Shown: positions 1 through 9,228 of the stretch, piece after piece
Numbering within the stretch: the stretch's first letter is position 1
Layout of the letters: every line of letters starts with the position of its first letter
Virus record (IMG/VR): IMGVR_UViG_3300020048_000017
Location: 64,001 to 128,000 of that record
From: a virus
Strand: one strand, 5' to 3'
DNA length: 64,000 nucleotides
Program-made: the position numbers and the translations under genes
Notes under the pieces: generated by a model
Told to the model about the DNA's origin: nothing
Databases searched by the model: none
What the model saw: only the letters and a program-made list of their open reading frames with translations

Positions 1-157
1 GTCTCCAAACAATTTCTATCGTAAAAATTGCCGCGACTACTCGCTCGCTCCATAAGAAGAATGGACTCCCTTGTAAAGAGTCTGCCGACCCTGACGCAAT
101 TTCGAGAAAATACGTGCCAACCGAATACCAAATTAGCAATTTAAAAAATCTTTCCAT
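1..157 (-). CDS. Partial (runs off window) ion-transport / voltage-gated K+ channel-like membrane protein, S1-S2 helices
   Basis: Not in ORF track. Manual translation from ATG 157: MERFFKLLIWYSVGTYFLEIASGSADSLQGSPFFLWSERVVAAIFTIEIVWR. Two hydrophobic helices; the E-x6-F-T-x-E-x3-R pattern is typical of Ion_trans S2. Has its own TTGACA/TATATT promoter. Confidence 0.55.
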   Translation of the reverse strand, partial: MERFFKLLIWYSVGTYFLEIASGSADSLQGSPFFLWSERVVAAIFTIEIVWR

Positions 158-162
158 GTCGG

Positions 163-190
163 AATATAACACAATTTTTAAACTTGTCAA
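163..190 (-). promoter_or_regulatory. sigma70-like promoter TTGACA-N16-TATATT, probably leaderless
   Basis: -35 at 190-185, -10 at 168-163, ATG 5 nt downstream at 157. Confidence 0.7.
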
Positions 191-199
191 GAGATTTTC

Positions 200-206
200 G
201 TGTATT
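200..206 (+). promoter_or_regulatory. GTGTA(A/T) upstream motif, candidate phage-specific promoter
   Basis: GTGTATT ends 7 nt before endolysin ATG 214; the motif recurs before several other starts. Confidence 0.35.
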
Positions 207-213
207 TCTTAAT

Positions 214-1071
214 ATGGAAATACTCAGAGAAGGCAGTAAAGGTGGCAACGTTGTTAAATTGCAAAGGGCTCTTAATATTTTGGATGACGGAGATTTTGGG
301 TCTGTAACAAGATCTAGAGTTAAACTTTTCCAAGCTTCAAAAGGATTGTTCCCAGACGGGATTGTGGGCAAAGATACTTGGAAAGCTCTTGGTTTTTCAG
401 AAGGTGAGGCCTCTTCAAAAGGTCTGTCGGCAGATGACATCAAGGATATTATTCAAGCCAACCTACCTAAGCTCACTTCCAAGCTCAATAATAAGAATGA
501 TAAAATCGTTACTTTTGACCCTGAGGAACATTTGGTAGTTGTGGCTATAAGGGGTCTTAAGTCGGAAATGGGAGTTCCAAATCAAAATGATCGCCGAATT
601 TTTGATGACGGTCAGTTTGTATCGACTCCAAAAGGGGTTTTATTTTTCGAAGGTAATACCGACCCTAGTGGTTTTAGAAAAGGTTATGGAACAGGTTCTA
701 AAAAGGGAATGGCAATGCTAAACACTGGAGTTTGGTTTTACGGAAAAGGCCCTCATAATGGAAGGCCCTCTTTCAGGCAGTGCGCTCCAGTTGGAGTTAC
801 TAGAGATGGGTCTCCCCCTTATCAAGACTTTGGGTGGTTTGGAATAAATTGGCATTCAGCTTCTGACGTATCCACTTCATCTCTTGGGTGCCAAACAAAC
901 AAACCTTCTATTTTTGCGACCCTTCGTGATTACATTTATGAAGAACTAGAAACTTTTGATAACCCTAAAATGTGTCACGACTGGGCTAAAGATTTTAATA
1001 GTCCTGTTAAGGCGTTTCCTTATATTCTGATCGACGAACAAGAAAGACGGAAAGGAAACTTAGCTGTATGA
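214..1071 (+). CDS. Endolysin-like protein: N-terminal peptidoglycan-binding domain + L,D-transpeptidase (YkuD)-like catalytic domain
   Basis: LREGSKGGNVVKLQRAL..DGDFGSVTRSRVKLFQ..GLFPDGIVGKDTW is PG_binding_1; C-terminal GINWH..SSLGCQ His/Cys motif. ATG 214 preferred over TTG 184. Confidence 0.8.
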   Translation: MEILREGSKGGNVVKLQRALNILDDGDFGSVTRSRVKLFQASKGLFPDGIVGKDTWKALGFSEGEASSKGLSADDIKDIIQANLPKLTSKLNNKNDKIVTFDPEEHLVVVAIRGLKSEMGVPNQNDRRIFDDGQFVSTPKGVLFFEGNTDPSGFRKGYGTGSKKGMAMLNTGVWFYGKGPHNGRPSFRQCAPVGVTRDGSPPYQDFGWFGINWHSASDVSTSSLGCQTNKPSIFATLRDYIYEELETFDNPKMCHDWAKDFNSPVKAFPYILIDEQERRKGNLAV

Positions 1072-1226
1072 ATGACGATCACGTAGATATCATTTCTGAA
1101 CAATTTGAGTTCGCAATAGACAAATTAATTCAAGAGGGTTATTCAGAGGTTGATATTTTAAAAGGCTTGTCTTTGACCCTGTGGAGTTTTACTGAAAGTT
1201 TTGAGGAAATTGAAGACGAGTGTTGA
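1068..1226 (+). CDS. Small acidic hypothetical protein (52 aa)
   Basis: Not in track. ATG overlaps the endolysin stop (ATGA); MNDDHVDIISEQFEFAIDKLIQEGYSEVDILKGLSLTLWSFTESFEEIEDEC fills the gap. Confidence 0.6.
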   Translation: MNDDHVDIISEQFEFAIDKLIQEGYSEVDILKGLSLTLWSFTESFEEIEDEC

Positions 1227-2517
1227 ACCTTTAGCTATCTGCGTTGTTGCGCATGATGCTTATTTAGGTAATCTCAATCTAATCTTAAAGATGTGGGACT
1301 CTTTCGCACCTAAAGAGTGGCGTAGATTTGTATCTCTAGACGGTTGTCAATTTGATAATTCGAACCACACAAATTGGGAGGTTATTGAAAATGAAAAAAC
1401 TAATAGTCCGACTTTATCTAGAAACTCAGTTTTAAAGTTGTTAGATAGGGGTTATATACTTTATTGGGATGCAGATAACGTTCCAACTAAAGAATATGTA
1501 GATTCTATAGAAAGTCTTTTGACTTTGGAAAGTGATACGTTTTGCTGGTATCCAGATATGTATCTCCCTTACGAATCTTCTGATATTAGAGTCTTAAATT
1601 ATATAGATACTGCTTCGGTTATTAGAGTCGAACTTTTAAAAGCTATAGGAGGCTGGTCTTCGAATTTACAATGTTTACAAGATTGGGGACTTTATCTGAA
1701 AGCCCTTTCTCACGGTTTCAAATTCGAGCCCTTGAATTCTAGGTTCGTTTATTGTAAGCATGGCGACTCTCTGGGTTCCGGTTCTAAACCCAAAGAAGAC
1801 ATTCCTAAAATAAAAAGCGTAGGAGTAATCTGCCCTATGAGGGGCGACCGAAGTTTATCAAAAGTGTGGTTAGACTCCTTATCAGCTCATAACTTCCCCT
1901 CTAAAACTGGGGTAACTATCGTAGATAAAAGTGGAGACGAAAATTTCGCTCGGTGGTTAAAAATTCAAATGATTAACCTGCCTTTTGAAAGGGTTGCTTA
2001 CATAAAAGATGAACATCTTTCTGAACCCGCTTCTTTTTTTGAAATTCATAACACCGTGGGCAAATCTTACGCACTTGCTCTCAAGTCAACCCCAGAAGAT
2101 TTGATTCTCACTTGGGAAGATGACGTTACACCCCTTTCTCGGGAAGCTGCTAACTCTTTGATTTCAAATCTATTTCCAATTTCTCGATTTCATGTGCTTG
2201 GTGCTCTCGTTCCTTCTAGAGCGAATCCTAACAGATTGATTGCCAGTGAAAGTGGAGAAAAATGGTCAGGATTTATAGATGACACCGTTTCAAACATGAG
2301 GGAAATCGGGATGGTCGGTGGAGGTTTTACCCTGTGGCACCGTAGTGTTCTAGAAGAATTCGGTTTTCAAGGCTACCGATACATAGACGATCATCCCGCA
2401 GGTTGGGATGGGTGGCTTTGTAGAAGAATTAATTCTAAATACAAGATCGGTTTATATCCTGAAAAATGTCACCATGAGAGCGCTCGATCAGAGCTTTCTC
2501 AAAAAATCAGCGTATAA
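1201..2517 (+). CDS. Two-domain GT-A (family 2-like) glycosyltransferase
   Basis: YILYWDADN DxD motif, IGGW..LQCLQDWGLYLK; second GT-A-like half with LTWEDDV and GGGFTL. Confidence 0.8.
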   Translation: MRKLKTSVEPLAICVVAHDAYLGNLNLILKMWDSFAPKEWRRFVSLDGCQFDNSNHTNWEVIENEKTNSPTLSRNSVLKLLDRGYILYWDADNVPTKEYVDSIESLLTLESDTFCWYPDMYLPYESSDIRVLNYIDTASVIRVELLKAIGGWSSNLQCLQDWGLYLKALSHGFKFEPLNSRFVYCKHGDSLGSGSKPKEDIPKIKSVGVICPMRGDRSLSKVWLDSLSAHNFPSKTGVTIVDKSGDENFARWLKIQMINLPFERVAYIKDEHLSEPASFFEIHNTVGKSYALALKSTPEDLILTWEDDVTPLSREAANSLISNLFPISRFHVLGALVPSRANPNRLIASESGEKWSGFIDDTVSNMREIGMVGGGFTLWHRSVLEEFGFQGYRYIDDHPAGWDGWLCRRINSKYKIGLYPEKCHHESARSELSQKISV

Positions 2518-3342
2518 AGATTTGCCCATTTTATTAGCTAGGTTTTTGACTTGGCTTTTAGTTATCCAGCTATTTGAATAAGCCACTTCTTCTGGGCTAC
2601 CTATTAAGATTCCCTGTCTTTTTTGGACAGCCTTAACAAACTCTGCGGCGTCCATTAAGGAGTCTATCGTTCCCGTATCTAACCAAGCGCTGCCCTTTTT
2701 TAATTCCGAACACTCTAACAACCCTTGGTTTATGTAATAATTATTAATGTCGGTGATTTCGTATTCTAACCTAGAAGATGGTTTTAGAGACTTCGCTACG
2801 GATACTACCGAAGGTTCGTAAATATAAAGACCTACGGAAACCTTATTAGATTTTGGATGCTTGGGCTTTTCTTCAATAGAGATAATTCTACCAAACTCAT
2901 CTTTTTCTATCACCCCAAAACATTCTGGGTTGCTAACCGTTTGCGAAAAAATTACGGCAGATTTATTTCGTCCTACGTCCGCCATCCCTCTTTTTAAAGG
3001 ATTCGGCCAAAAAAGGTTATCTCCTAAAATCAGAGCCACTTCGCTATTATTTATGAAGTGTTCTCCAATTATAAATGCTTCCGCAATTCCTTTGGGTTCT
3101 GGCTGTGTAGCATAGGTTAAACTAATTCCCCATTGGTTCCCGTTGCCTAATAATTCATAAAAAGCATTTTGGTCCCGAGATGTGGTGATGATAAGAATGT
3201 CCAAAATTCCAGCAGACATTAATACCGACAAAGGATAGTAAATCATCGGTTTGTCATAAACCGGAAGAAGCTGTTTTGAAGTAACTAAAGTAATAGGGTT
3301 TAGTCTAGTTCCCGCACCCCCAGCTAATATGATACCTTTCAT
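2488..3342 (-). CDS. rfbA: Glucose-1-phosphate thymidylyltransferase
   Basis: GIILAGGAGTRLNPIT..SKQLLPVYDKPMIYYPLS, LILGDN, EEKP, WLDTGT. Confidence 0.97.
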   Translation of the reverse strand: MKGIILAGGAGTRLNPITLVTSKQLLPVYDKPMIYYPLSVLMSAGILDILIITTSRDQNAFYELLGNGNQWGISLTYATQPEPKGIAEAFIIGEHFINNSEVALILGDNLFWPNPLKRGMADVGRNKSAVIFSQTVSNPECFGVIEKDEFGRIISIEEKPKHPKSNKVSVGLYIYEPSVVSVAKSLKPSSRLEYEITDINNYYINQGLLECSELKKGSAWLDTGTIDSLMDAAEFVKAVQKRQGILIGSPEEVAYSNSWITKSQVKNLANKMGKSLYADFLRKL

Positions 3343-4259
3343 GTATAAAATTCCACAGTCTTTTTAAGAGCTTCTTCAAAATTACTCCTAGCTTTCCAGC
3401 CCAAAATCTCCATCTTCAGCGTGTTGATAGCGTATCTTAAATCGTGACCCTGTCGATCCTCAACAAACGCTATATCATAGGTTTTCCCAATAACCTTTCC
3501 TATCCTATCTATTAGCTCTAAATTGGATAGTTCGTTATTCGCCCCTATATTATAAGTCTCTCCTGACTTCCCATGCTCCGATAAGTAAATCAATGCTTCA
3601 CAATGGTCCTCTACAAAGATCCAATCTCTCACATTTGATCCATTCCCGTAAACAGGAATCGGAATATTTTGAATAATCCGGCTAATTACTTTAGGGATGA
3701 GTTTTTCAAAGTTCTGTCTGGGACCAAAATTGTTAGAACAATGCGTGATGATATTATCCATCCCATAAGTCCGATGGTAAGCCTTTACAAAATGATCAGA
3801 AGCGGCCTTTGAAGCGGAGTATGGAGAGCTTGGATTAAAAGGAGTATTTTCCATAAAAGGATCTTGCCCCATTTTTAAATCTCCATACACTTCGTCTGTT
3901 GATACGTGGATAAATCTAATACCCTTATTAAGACATTGATTCAACAAGTTAACTGTTCCGTTAACGTTCGTCTCAGTGAACAAGCTAGGGTTGTAAATAG
4001 AATTATCGACATGTGTCTCGGCGGCTAAATGAAACAAGGTATCTATTTTAGCATCTGATTTATACTTAAAGTAACTTTTTATGCAATCGGGTTTTCGGAT
4101 ATCGGCCAGATAGAAGACAGCCCTTTTGTCCACATTTCCCAATTCACTAGCGTAAGTAAGAGAATCCACGACGTAAACGTTCACGCCTTTGTCGCACAAC
4201 ATTCTCACTAAGCAAGATCCAATGAATCCTGCCCCGCCAGTTACAATAACGTTCTTCAT
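3339..4259 (-). CDS. rfbB: dTDP-glucose 4,6-dehydratase
   Basis: VTGGAGFIGS, HLAAETHVD, HVSTDEVYG, PYSASKA, GHDLRY; ATG 4259 overlaps upstream stop. Confidence 0.96.
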   Translation of the reverse strand: MKNVIVTGGAGFIGSCLVRMLCDKGVNVYVVDSLTYASELGNVDKRAVFYLADIRKPDCIKSYFKYKSDAKIDTLFHLAAETHVDNSIYNPSLFTETNVNGTVNLLNQCLNKGIRFIHVSTDEVYGDLKMGQDPFMENTPFNPSSPYSASKAASDHFVKAYHRTYGMDNIITHCSNNFGPRQNFEKLIPKVISRIIQNIPIPVYGNGSNVRDWIFVEDHCEALIYLSEHGKSGETYNIGANNELSNLELIDRIGKVIGKTYDIAFVEDRQGHDLRYAINTLKMEILGWKARSNFEEALKKTVEFYT

Positions 4260-4996
4260 AGATACTTTTTGTAAATCTTTAAGCAAACGTTATCCGCAAA
4301 AGCTTGATCAAATTTAAAAGAAATCTTTCTTTGGTCGTAGATGCTAAACAGCTCTCTCCTAGCCTCTTCTACCAATTCCCTAGCTTGTTCTGGAGTATAG
4401 TTGACTGGATTGAATTTGATATCCTTAACTAATTCAAAATGTGGATTCTGAGTGAAGTCGGTTTCAAAATAACCTTTAGTATAGAAAGTCACGGCAGAAT
4501 AAATTAGCCGCAAAGCCTGACAAGCGTTCTTGTAACTATAGCCATAGGTGTCTAGATTATTCTTGCGTTTACTTCCAAGTAGTCCGGTTCTTTCACCCAT
4601 CATTAGGCGAATCTCGTTACCGATGTAGCCTTGCTCCCTTTGAGCCTTCCCGTCGCCGCCAGTTAGGGAAACAAAAAACCTCTCGCTATCAATGAGCTTC
4701 TCTCTATTTTCAGAGATCAGATTCCATTCCGGAGAAACCTCCATCCACTTTTCGTTGAAAAGTAACTCCATAACGGTAGAATTGGTTTTACGGAGAAGGC
4801 GAAGGAAGTGGCGAAGCTCGTAATAAACTTCGTCCACTTCCCCCTTCCGGTCGATAGTATCGAATCGATCCGTATCCAACCCGATAATTCTGGATAAATC
4901 AGTATTCAAATATACGCCCCTCCAATCAACGTCCGACTCTGGCGAGTTGAGACCATACATATTAGAGCCGCCAAGACACTTACAAAGAAAGTTCAT
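4256..4996 (-). CDS. Pol-beta superfamily nucleotidyltransferase, RlaP (RNA-ligase-associated) type
   Basis: GGSNMYGLNSPESDVDWRGVY (GS..YG....SDxD) motif; directly downstream of an RNA ligase. Confidence 0.8.
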   Translation of the reverse strand: MNFLCKCLGGSNMYGLNSPESDVDWRGVYLNTDLSRIIGLDTDRFDTIDRKGEVDEVYYELRHFLRLLRKTNSTVMELLFNEKWMEVSPEWNLISENREKLIDSERFFVSLTGGDGKAQREQGYIGNEIRLMMGERTGLLGSKRKNNLDTYGYSYKNACQALRLIYSAVTFYTKGYFETDFTQNPHFELVKDIKFNPVNYTPEQARELVEEARRELFSIYDQRKISFKFDQAFADNVCLKIYKKYL

Positions 4997-6089
4997 ATTT
5001 TATATATTTGATTTTAGATTTTTCGTCTAGGTATTTTTTATCCAAGATGCTGAAAGCGAGACCTCTGTAAGTTGAGTCGATTCTGTCCTGAATCCATAGG
5101 GCTTGAGTCTTTCGATCCTCCCCATAAATTTCAAGCAGCTCCGTCTCTAACTTGCTAACAAGGTGGTTCACCCGCTCCCAAGCTTCGTGGACTTTTTCCA
5201 AATCCTCTTTACACCGCTCTGCAACCTCAAAGCTGATAGTCGTCTCGATCAAGGTATAAGCCTCTTTTAAGGGAGGGGTTCCCGCAGATACGTAGAAATC
5301 TACCACATGCTTTATAGAAGCTAGTTCGGATTTGAGTCTATGGATTCTAAGGTAATCATCAGCCTTGATCTTTAAAAGAGACTGCCCCTTTTGAGAATAA
5401 GTTACGACACCTTCTTTTCCCACCCACAGGGTAACGTCATCGATCATTTTTTTGATTGAATCAAAATGAAACCTTTCGGGGCGAGATAAACCTTTTTCTT
5501 CTGCAAACTTGTCAAGCTCAGATTGAGTCCACAAAGAATAATCCTCATGATTTACTGCTCCGATTAAGACAAGATTTAACTTATCGTGTTTTATCACGAT
5601 TTGGTTGACAGTAGACTCCCATTCAAAAAGGAGAGAATACGGGCAAGTATCTCCTTCCAGTTCAAAAGCCGAAGGAAATTGTTTTTTTAGTTCTTGGATT
5701 TCGAATCCGTTTTCCAAGTCCTCCGCATTAGAGGTTCCTCTAGTCCGATGAATTAATTCACCTTTATATTTAGAAACAATAAGCAGTGAGCCGTCTCTTT
5801 TTTCAAGAACCTCTATCCCGCCGTTAGCCTTAGTGCTGAACGGAATATAAGTTAGATCCGGAGATTCCCCCCAGTTGAAAAACTTGGGAAACCCCAATGA
5901 AACCGGAGAGAGATCTTCCTTGCGGAAGATAACGCTCCGTAAACAAAGGTTGTGTTTGTTCCAGATAGCCCCAGCTTTTTTAGGGGTGACTAGAACGCAC
6001 TCCTCACCAGCTATAAGGATTGTCTTTTGGGAGAACCCCTCCAGATCCGAATGAAGTAAACTTTCTTTGATTTGGTTCTGGAATTTCAT
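4980..6089 (-). CDS. RNA ligase, T4 Rnl1-like
   Basis: FPKFFNWGE, motif I EKRDGSL, LLFEWES, motif IV EGVV, motif V LKIK; ATG 6089 is the likely start. Confidence 0.85.
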   Translation of the reverse strand: MKFQNQIKESLLHSDLEGFSQKTILIAGEECVLVTPKKAGAIWNKHNLCLRSVIFRKEDLSPVSLGFPKFFNWGESPDLTYIPFSTKANGGIEVLEKRDGSLLIVSKYKGELIHRTRGTSNAEDLENGFEIQELKKQFPSAFELEGDTCPYSLLFEWESTVNQIVIKHDKLNLVLIGAVNHEDYSLWTQSELDKFAEEKGLSRPERFHFDSIKKMIDDVTLWVGKEGVVTYSQKGQSLLKIKADDYLRIHRLKSELASIKHVVDFYVSAGTPPLKEAYTLIETTISFEVAERCKEDLEKVHEAWERVNHLVSKLETELLEIYGEDRKTQALWIQDRIDSTYRGLAFSILDKKYLDEKSKIKYIKYELSL

Positions 6090-6741
6090 TTTGGAGAGGT
6101 TTGAAAAGATCTTGCAAAGCAAATGTTCCGGCAAAAAGATCTACGAGATCAAAAAGGGAGTTCGCGAAGGCAAGGTCTTCTTTTGAAAGTTTTGAAAGTT
6201 CTTTATTGAGTTGGTCTCTAACGCTAAGAGCTAATTCACAACTCTCTTTTAATTGTTTCTCCCTATCTACTGGGATTTTCTCTCCGTTAATGTATACGAC
6301 TACTCTATCATTGATTTCCTCTTTGTCAAGCTCTAATTTCTTAAGAGCCCTATCTAGTGCAATTTGCACCCCGATTTTTTTGACGTAAGTGTCCTCTTTT
6401 GAGCATCGGGCTTTACCTGTAGCAGTCCTGCCGTTGGGTGTTGTGATGCAAACTTCCGTGCGACCACCCTTAGGGAGTTCTGGAAAGATGAGTCTTTCGT
6501 CTCGTCGTCGCTTGTGGTAAACGCCAACTTTGTAACCGCTTTTTCTTAGTGTTTCTACTGTGTCTTTCATTTTATTACTTTCTTCAAATCTCCCGACCGG
6601 AAACATCTCATTGCCGATTAGAATTAGTTTTTCTCCTGTTTTTACATCAAGTCTGGCGTATTCTTGTTTTAGCCATTCTTTAGGAGTCTCGTTCCATTCT
6701 TCGATGGGAAGATATTCATCCTCTTCCTGTTCCTTTTTCAT
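6004..6741 (-). CDS. Hypothetical phage protein
   Basis: Contains TGKARCSKEDTYVKKIGVQIALDRA, a GxAxCxxxD..G..IA..RA pattern common in uncharacterised phage proteins. Confidence 0.6.
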   Translation of the reverse strand: MKKEQEEDEYLPIEEWNETPKEWLKQEYARLDVKTGEKLILIGNEMFPVGRFEESNKMKDTVETLRKSGYKVGVYHKRRRDERLIFPELPKGGRTEVCITTPNGRTATGKARCSKEDTYVKKIGVQIALDRALKKLELDKEEINDRVVVYINGEKIPVDREKQLKESCELALSVRDQLNKELSKLSKEDLAFANSLFDLVDLFAGTFALQDLFKPLQNEIPEPNQRKFTSFGSGGVLPKDNPYSW

Positions 6742-6877
6742 GTTCTGGAATGGTCGCATCGTGAACCATGTTTGATAGCTTATCACCACAAATCCAAAAT
6801 GTCAACCAGTAAATTACTTCGGATAGCGGATGGGCGATTAAATTATGCACGGGCCAATTTTTATACAATTTCTTCAT
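6716..6877 (-). CDS. Small hypothetical protein (53 aa)
   Basis: Not in track. MKKLYKNWPVHNLIAHPLSEVIYWLTFWICGDKLSNMVHDATIPEHEKGTGRG; His-rich, fills the apparent intergenic gap. Confidence 0.65.
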   Translation of the reverse strand: MKKLYKNWPVHNLIAHPLSEVIYWLTFWICGDKLSNMVHDATIPEHEKGTGRG

Positions 6878-6955
6878 CTCTAAGTTTGTTTTATCTAAAT
6901 TTCGTTTTTTGTTTAGACACCTCTAATATCGTTTGCAATTCGTGTATATACTTGT

Positions 6956-7633
6956 ATGCCCTTTAACCTTTCCTCCGCAGAAAATTTCCACAATCTAAAA
7001 TATGATTACTCAAAAGTTGATTATAAAAATGTAGATACAAAGGTTTTGATTATTTGCCCAGATCACGGAGAGTTCTTACAAACTCCTTACAAACATATTA
7101 ATATGGGTCAGGGCTGTCCTAAGTGTAAAGGCGTGAAACTCTCTAAAGACCGCAGGTTCTCTAAAGAGCAATTTGAAATTTCTGCCAGAGAAATTCATGG
7201 ATCTAAATACAATTATGAGAAGGTTCTGTATAAGAATATGCACACCAATATAGAAATTTTATGTCCCCAACATGGGGAGTTTTTTCAAAAGCCTTCGAAT
7301 CATATCTTTGATAAAAACGGTTGCCCGAAGTGTGGTTACAATGTCTCAAAATCTGAAGATTTGTGGCTTGATAGCCTTGGAATCTCAAAAGAGTTTCGTC
7401 AAAAAACTATTAAAATTCAAGATAAACGATTTAAAACCGACGCATACACCCCTTATAACAACACTGTTTATGAGTTCTTTGGATTTTTCTGGCATGGTCA
7501 TCCAGACTATTTTAACCCCGAAGACATGAACCCTCGCAATAAACAAAAGTTTGGAGATTTATATAAAGCTACTCTGAATAAAATCTCCGCCATTGAAAAT
7601 GCGGGGTTTAATCTAGTTTTTACTTGGGGTTAA
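6956..7633 (+). CDS. Putative free-standing homing endonuclease: two CPxHG/GCPKC Zn repeats + Vsr/DUF559-like nuclease
   Basis: IICPDHGEF..GCPKC and ILCPQHGEF..GCPKC repeats; D..VYEFFGFFWHG catalytic end; opposite strand to neighbours. Confidence 0.75.
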   Translation: MPFNLSSAENFHNLKYDYSKVDYKNVDTKVLIICPDHGEFLQTPYKHINMGQGCPKCKGVKLSKDRRFSKEQFEISAREIHGSKYNYEKVLYKNMHTNIEILCPQHGEFFQKPSNHIFDKNGCPKCGYNVSKSEDLWLDSLGISKEFRQKTIKIQDKRFKTDAYTPYNNTVYEFFGFFWHGHPDYFNPEDMNPRNKQKFGDLYKATLNKISAIENAGFNLVFTWG

Positions 7634-9120
7634 ACATATTGAGCAAGGTTGTCTCTAACTTCTTGAAGTGTCCAATCTTTAATTAACTTGCCGTCTCGAA
7701 AGACGGTTTTGAGTTCGCCACCTTGTTCTTGTTCTTTAGTAACTTGATCAGTCAGCACATATTCCCCATCAACAAGATCAACTCTTAGAAGACCTTTGGC
7801 GGATTTTTTCATACCCGTATCGGTAATTGGATCTTTAAAGATCTCCCTGAATTCTCCATTAACGCTACAGGCGGTGGCTTTCGCGGCCCACGAAAGGGTA
7901 TCGCGAGTTACGTTGAACATGTATGCCCCACTGCCTATGCCGCAAAAACAACAATTCGAAGCAAACCCCATTTCCTTTAACCTCGCGAAGATTTTATCGG
8001 TGAGTTGGACCGATAGAGCCTCCCCATACAAAAGCCCAATCGTTGGATGAAGCTCCTTGTAACCTTTATCGTTAACGGTTCCTCCAAAAATATCCCATAG
8101 AAGTTGAACACAACCCTTGTGCTCTGGAGTTCCTTCTTTTGCTTCGGGATCGCCGCAAATAATTTCCAAAGGAGTTTTTGGCGAAGAGTCGGGCCTGATA
8201 ACCACCTTCCCGTCTCGCTTAAGAATATCTTCTTTCAGTGCCGGAAGGTATTCGGTTATAACAGTCCAAAGATTCCAAGTGTCGCTCACAAGCGAAAGGA
8301 TACCTGTAGGAAACGTTTCTGTGATCCACTTTTTGTAATTAGCGAATTCGTTCTCTTTGCCCCCTGCGCAAACGCAAGCGTGCTCATTCGCAACAACCCC
8401 CCCGCCGATATATTCTTTTTCGCAGTCAGCATTGTAATAATCTTCCAAGAAATCAATCGCGGGAACGTTGTCAGTTCCGGTAAAACTTAAGAGGTGCCCC
8501 GCCCCCGAAAGACAAGCGTCTTGCATTCCTCCAGATCCCCTTAGTTGGAAATCGTGAAACTGATAATTCACAACCGAAGGATCGACTCCCGTTTCTAAGG
8601 CGTATTTGAGCCCTACGTTTTTGTATCGTCTTGCGATTGTGGCACTAGTCGAAGCTTTCCAAACCGAATTCGAAAGCGCGTCTTCCACATAGTTAACGAG
8701 CCAAAAATAACCTTTAACAGTTTCTTGAAGAGTGAAAAATGGAACTCCTGCGTTAATTTTCGAGCCTTCTGGCAGAGCCTTAATCTCTAATGGCAGATAG
8801 CCTAAATCGTGCAAATCTTCGATATGTTTAGTATCGACGATACCCACCCCCAACGAGGTATCCATTCGTCTTTTATAACGCTTGATAACTACATCCTTAG
8901 GTTTATTGAAAAACTCGTCATTCCAAAGGTCTATAAGAAACCATTTGAGAAAGTATTGAAGGCCAAAAATAACAATCTTATCGTCAAGTCCTTCGATTTT
9001 CGGAAGATACTTTGTAGACCTTGGTGTGAAATTTTCATAAAGCAAATCGGTGCCTTCTTCGTGGAAGGCAATCCTATTAGTCTTATAAAAATCGACGGCG
9101 TGTAGCGGATTTAGTTTCAT
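7630..9120 (-). CDS. nadV: Nicotinamide phosphoribosyltransferase-family protein (likely Namat of NARP1)
   Basis: DFYKT, FHDFQLRG, FTGTDNVPA, ANEHA, SLVSDTW, VVIRPDSS, KKSAKG. Confidence 0.9.
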   Translation of the reverse strand: MKLNPLHAVDFYKTNRIAFHEEGTDLLYENFTPRSTKYLPKIEGLDDKIVIFGLQYFLKWFLIDLWNDEFFNKPKDVVIKRYKRRMDTSLGVGIVDTKHIEDLHDLGYLPLEIKALPEGSKINAGVPFFTLQETVKGYFWLVNYVEDALSNSVWKASTSATIARRYKNVGLKYALETGVDPSVVNYQFHDFQLRGSGGMQDACLSGAGHLLSFTGTDNVPAIDFLEDYYNADCEKEYIGGGVVANEHACVCAGGKENEFANYKKWITETFPTGILSLVSDTWNLWTVITEYLPALKEDILKRDGKVVIRPDSSPKTPLEIICGDPEAKEGTPEHKGCVQLLWDIFGGTVNDKGYKELHPTIGLLYGEALSVQLTDKIFARLKEMGFASNCCFCGIGSGAYMFNVTRDTLSWAAKATACSVNGEFREIFKDPITDTGMKKSAKGLLRVDLVDGEYVLTDQVTKEQEQGGELKTVFRDGKLIKDWTLQEVRDNLAQYV

Positions 9121-9228
9121 ATTTTTTAAGAATTTTGTATATTGTCGCGTGTAATATTATGGTATGACACAATCAGAAAGATTTGATAAATTTTTAGAAC
9201 GAGCGAGGTAGGGGAGGGTTTGAAGGAT

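Noticed and set aside
6777-6805. TTGACA-N17-TAAGCT promoter
   Set aside because: It lies inside the 53-aa ORF 6716-6877 (codons TGG TTG ACA) and has a spacer unlike the other promoters, so it may be coincidental.
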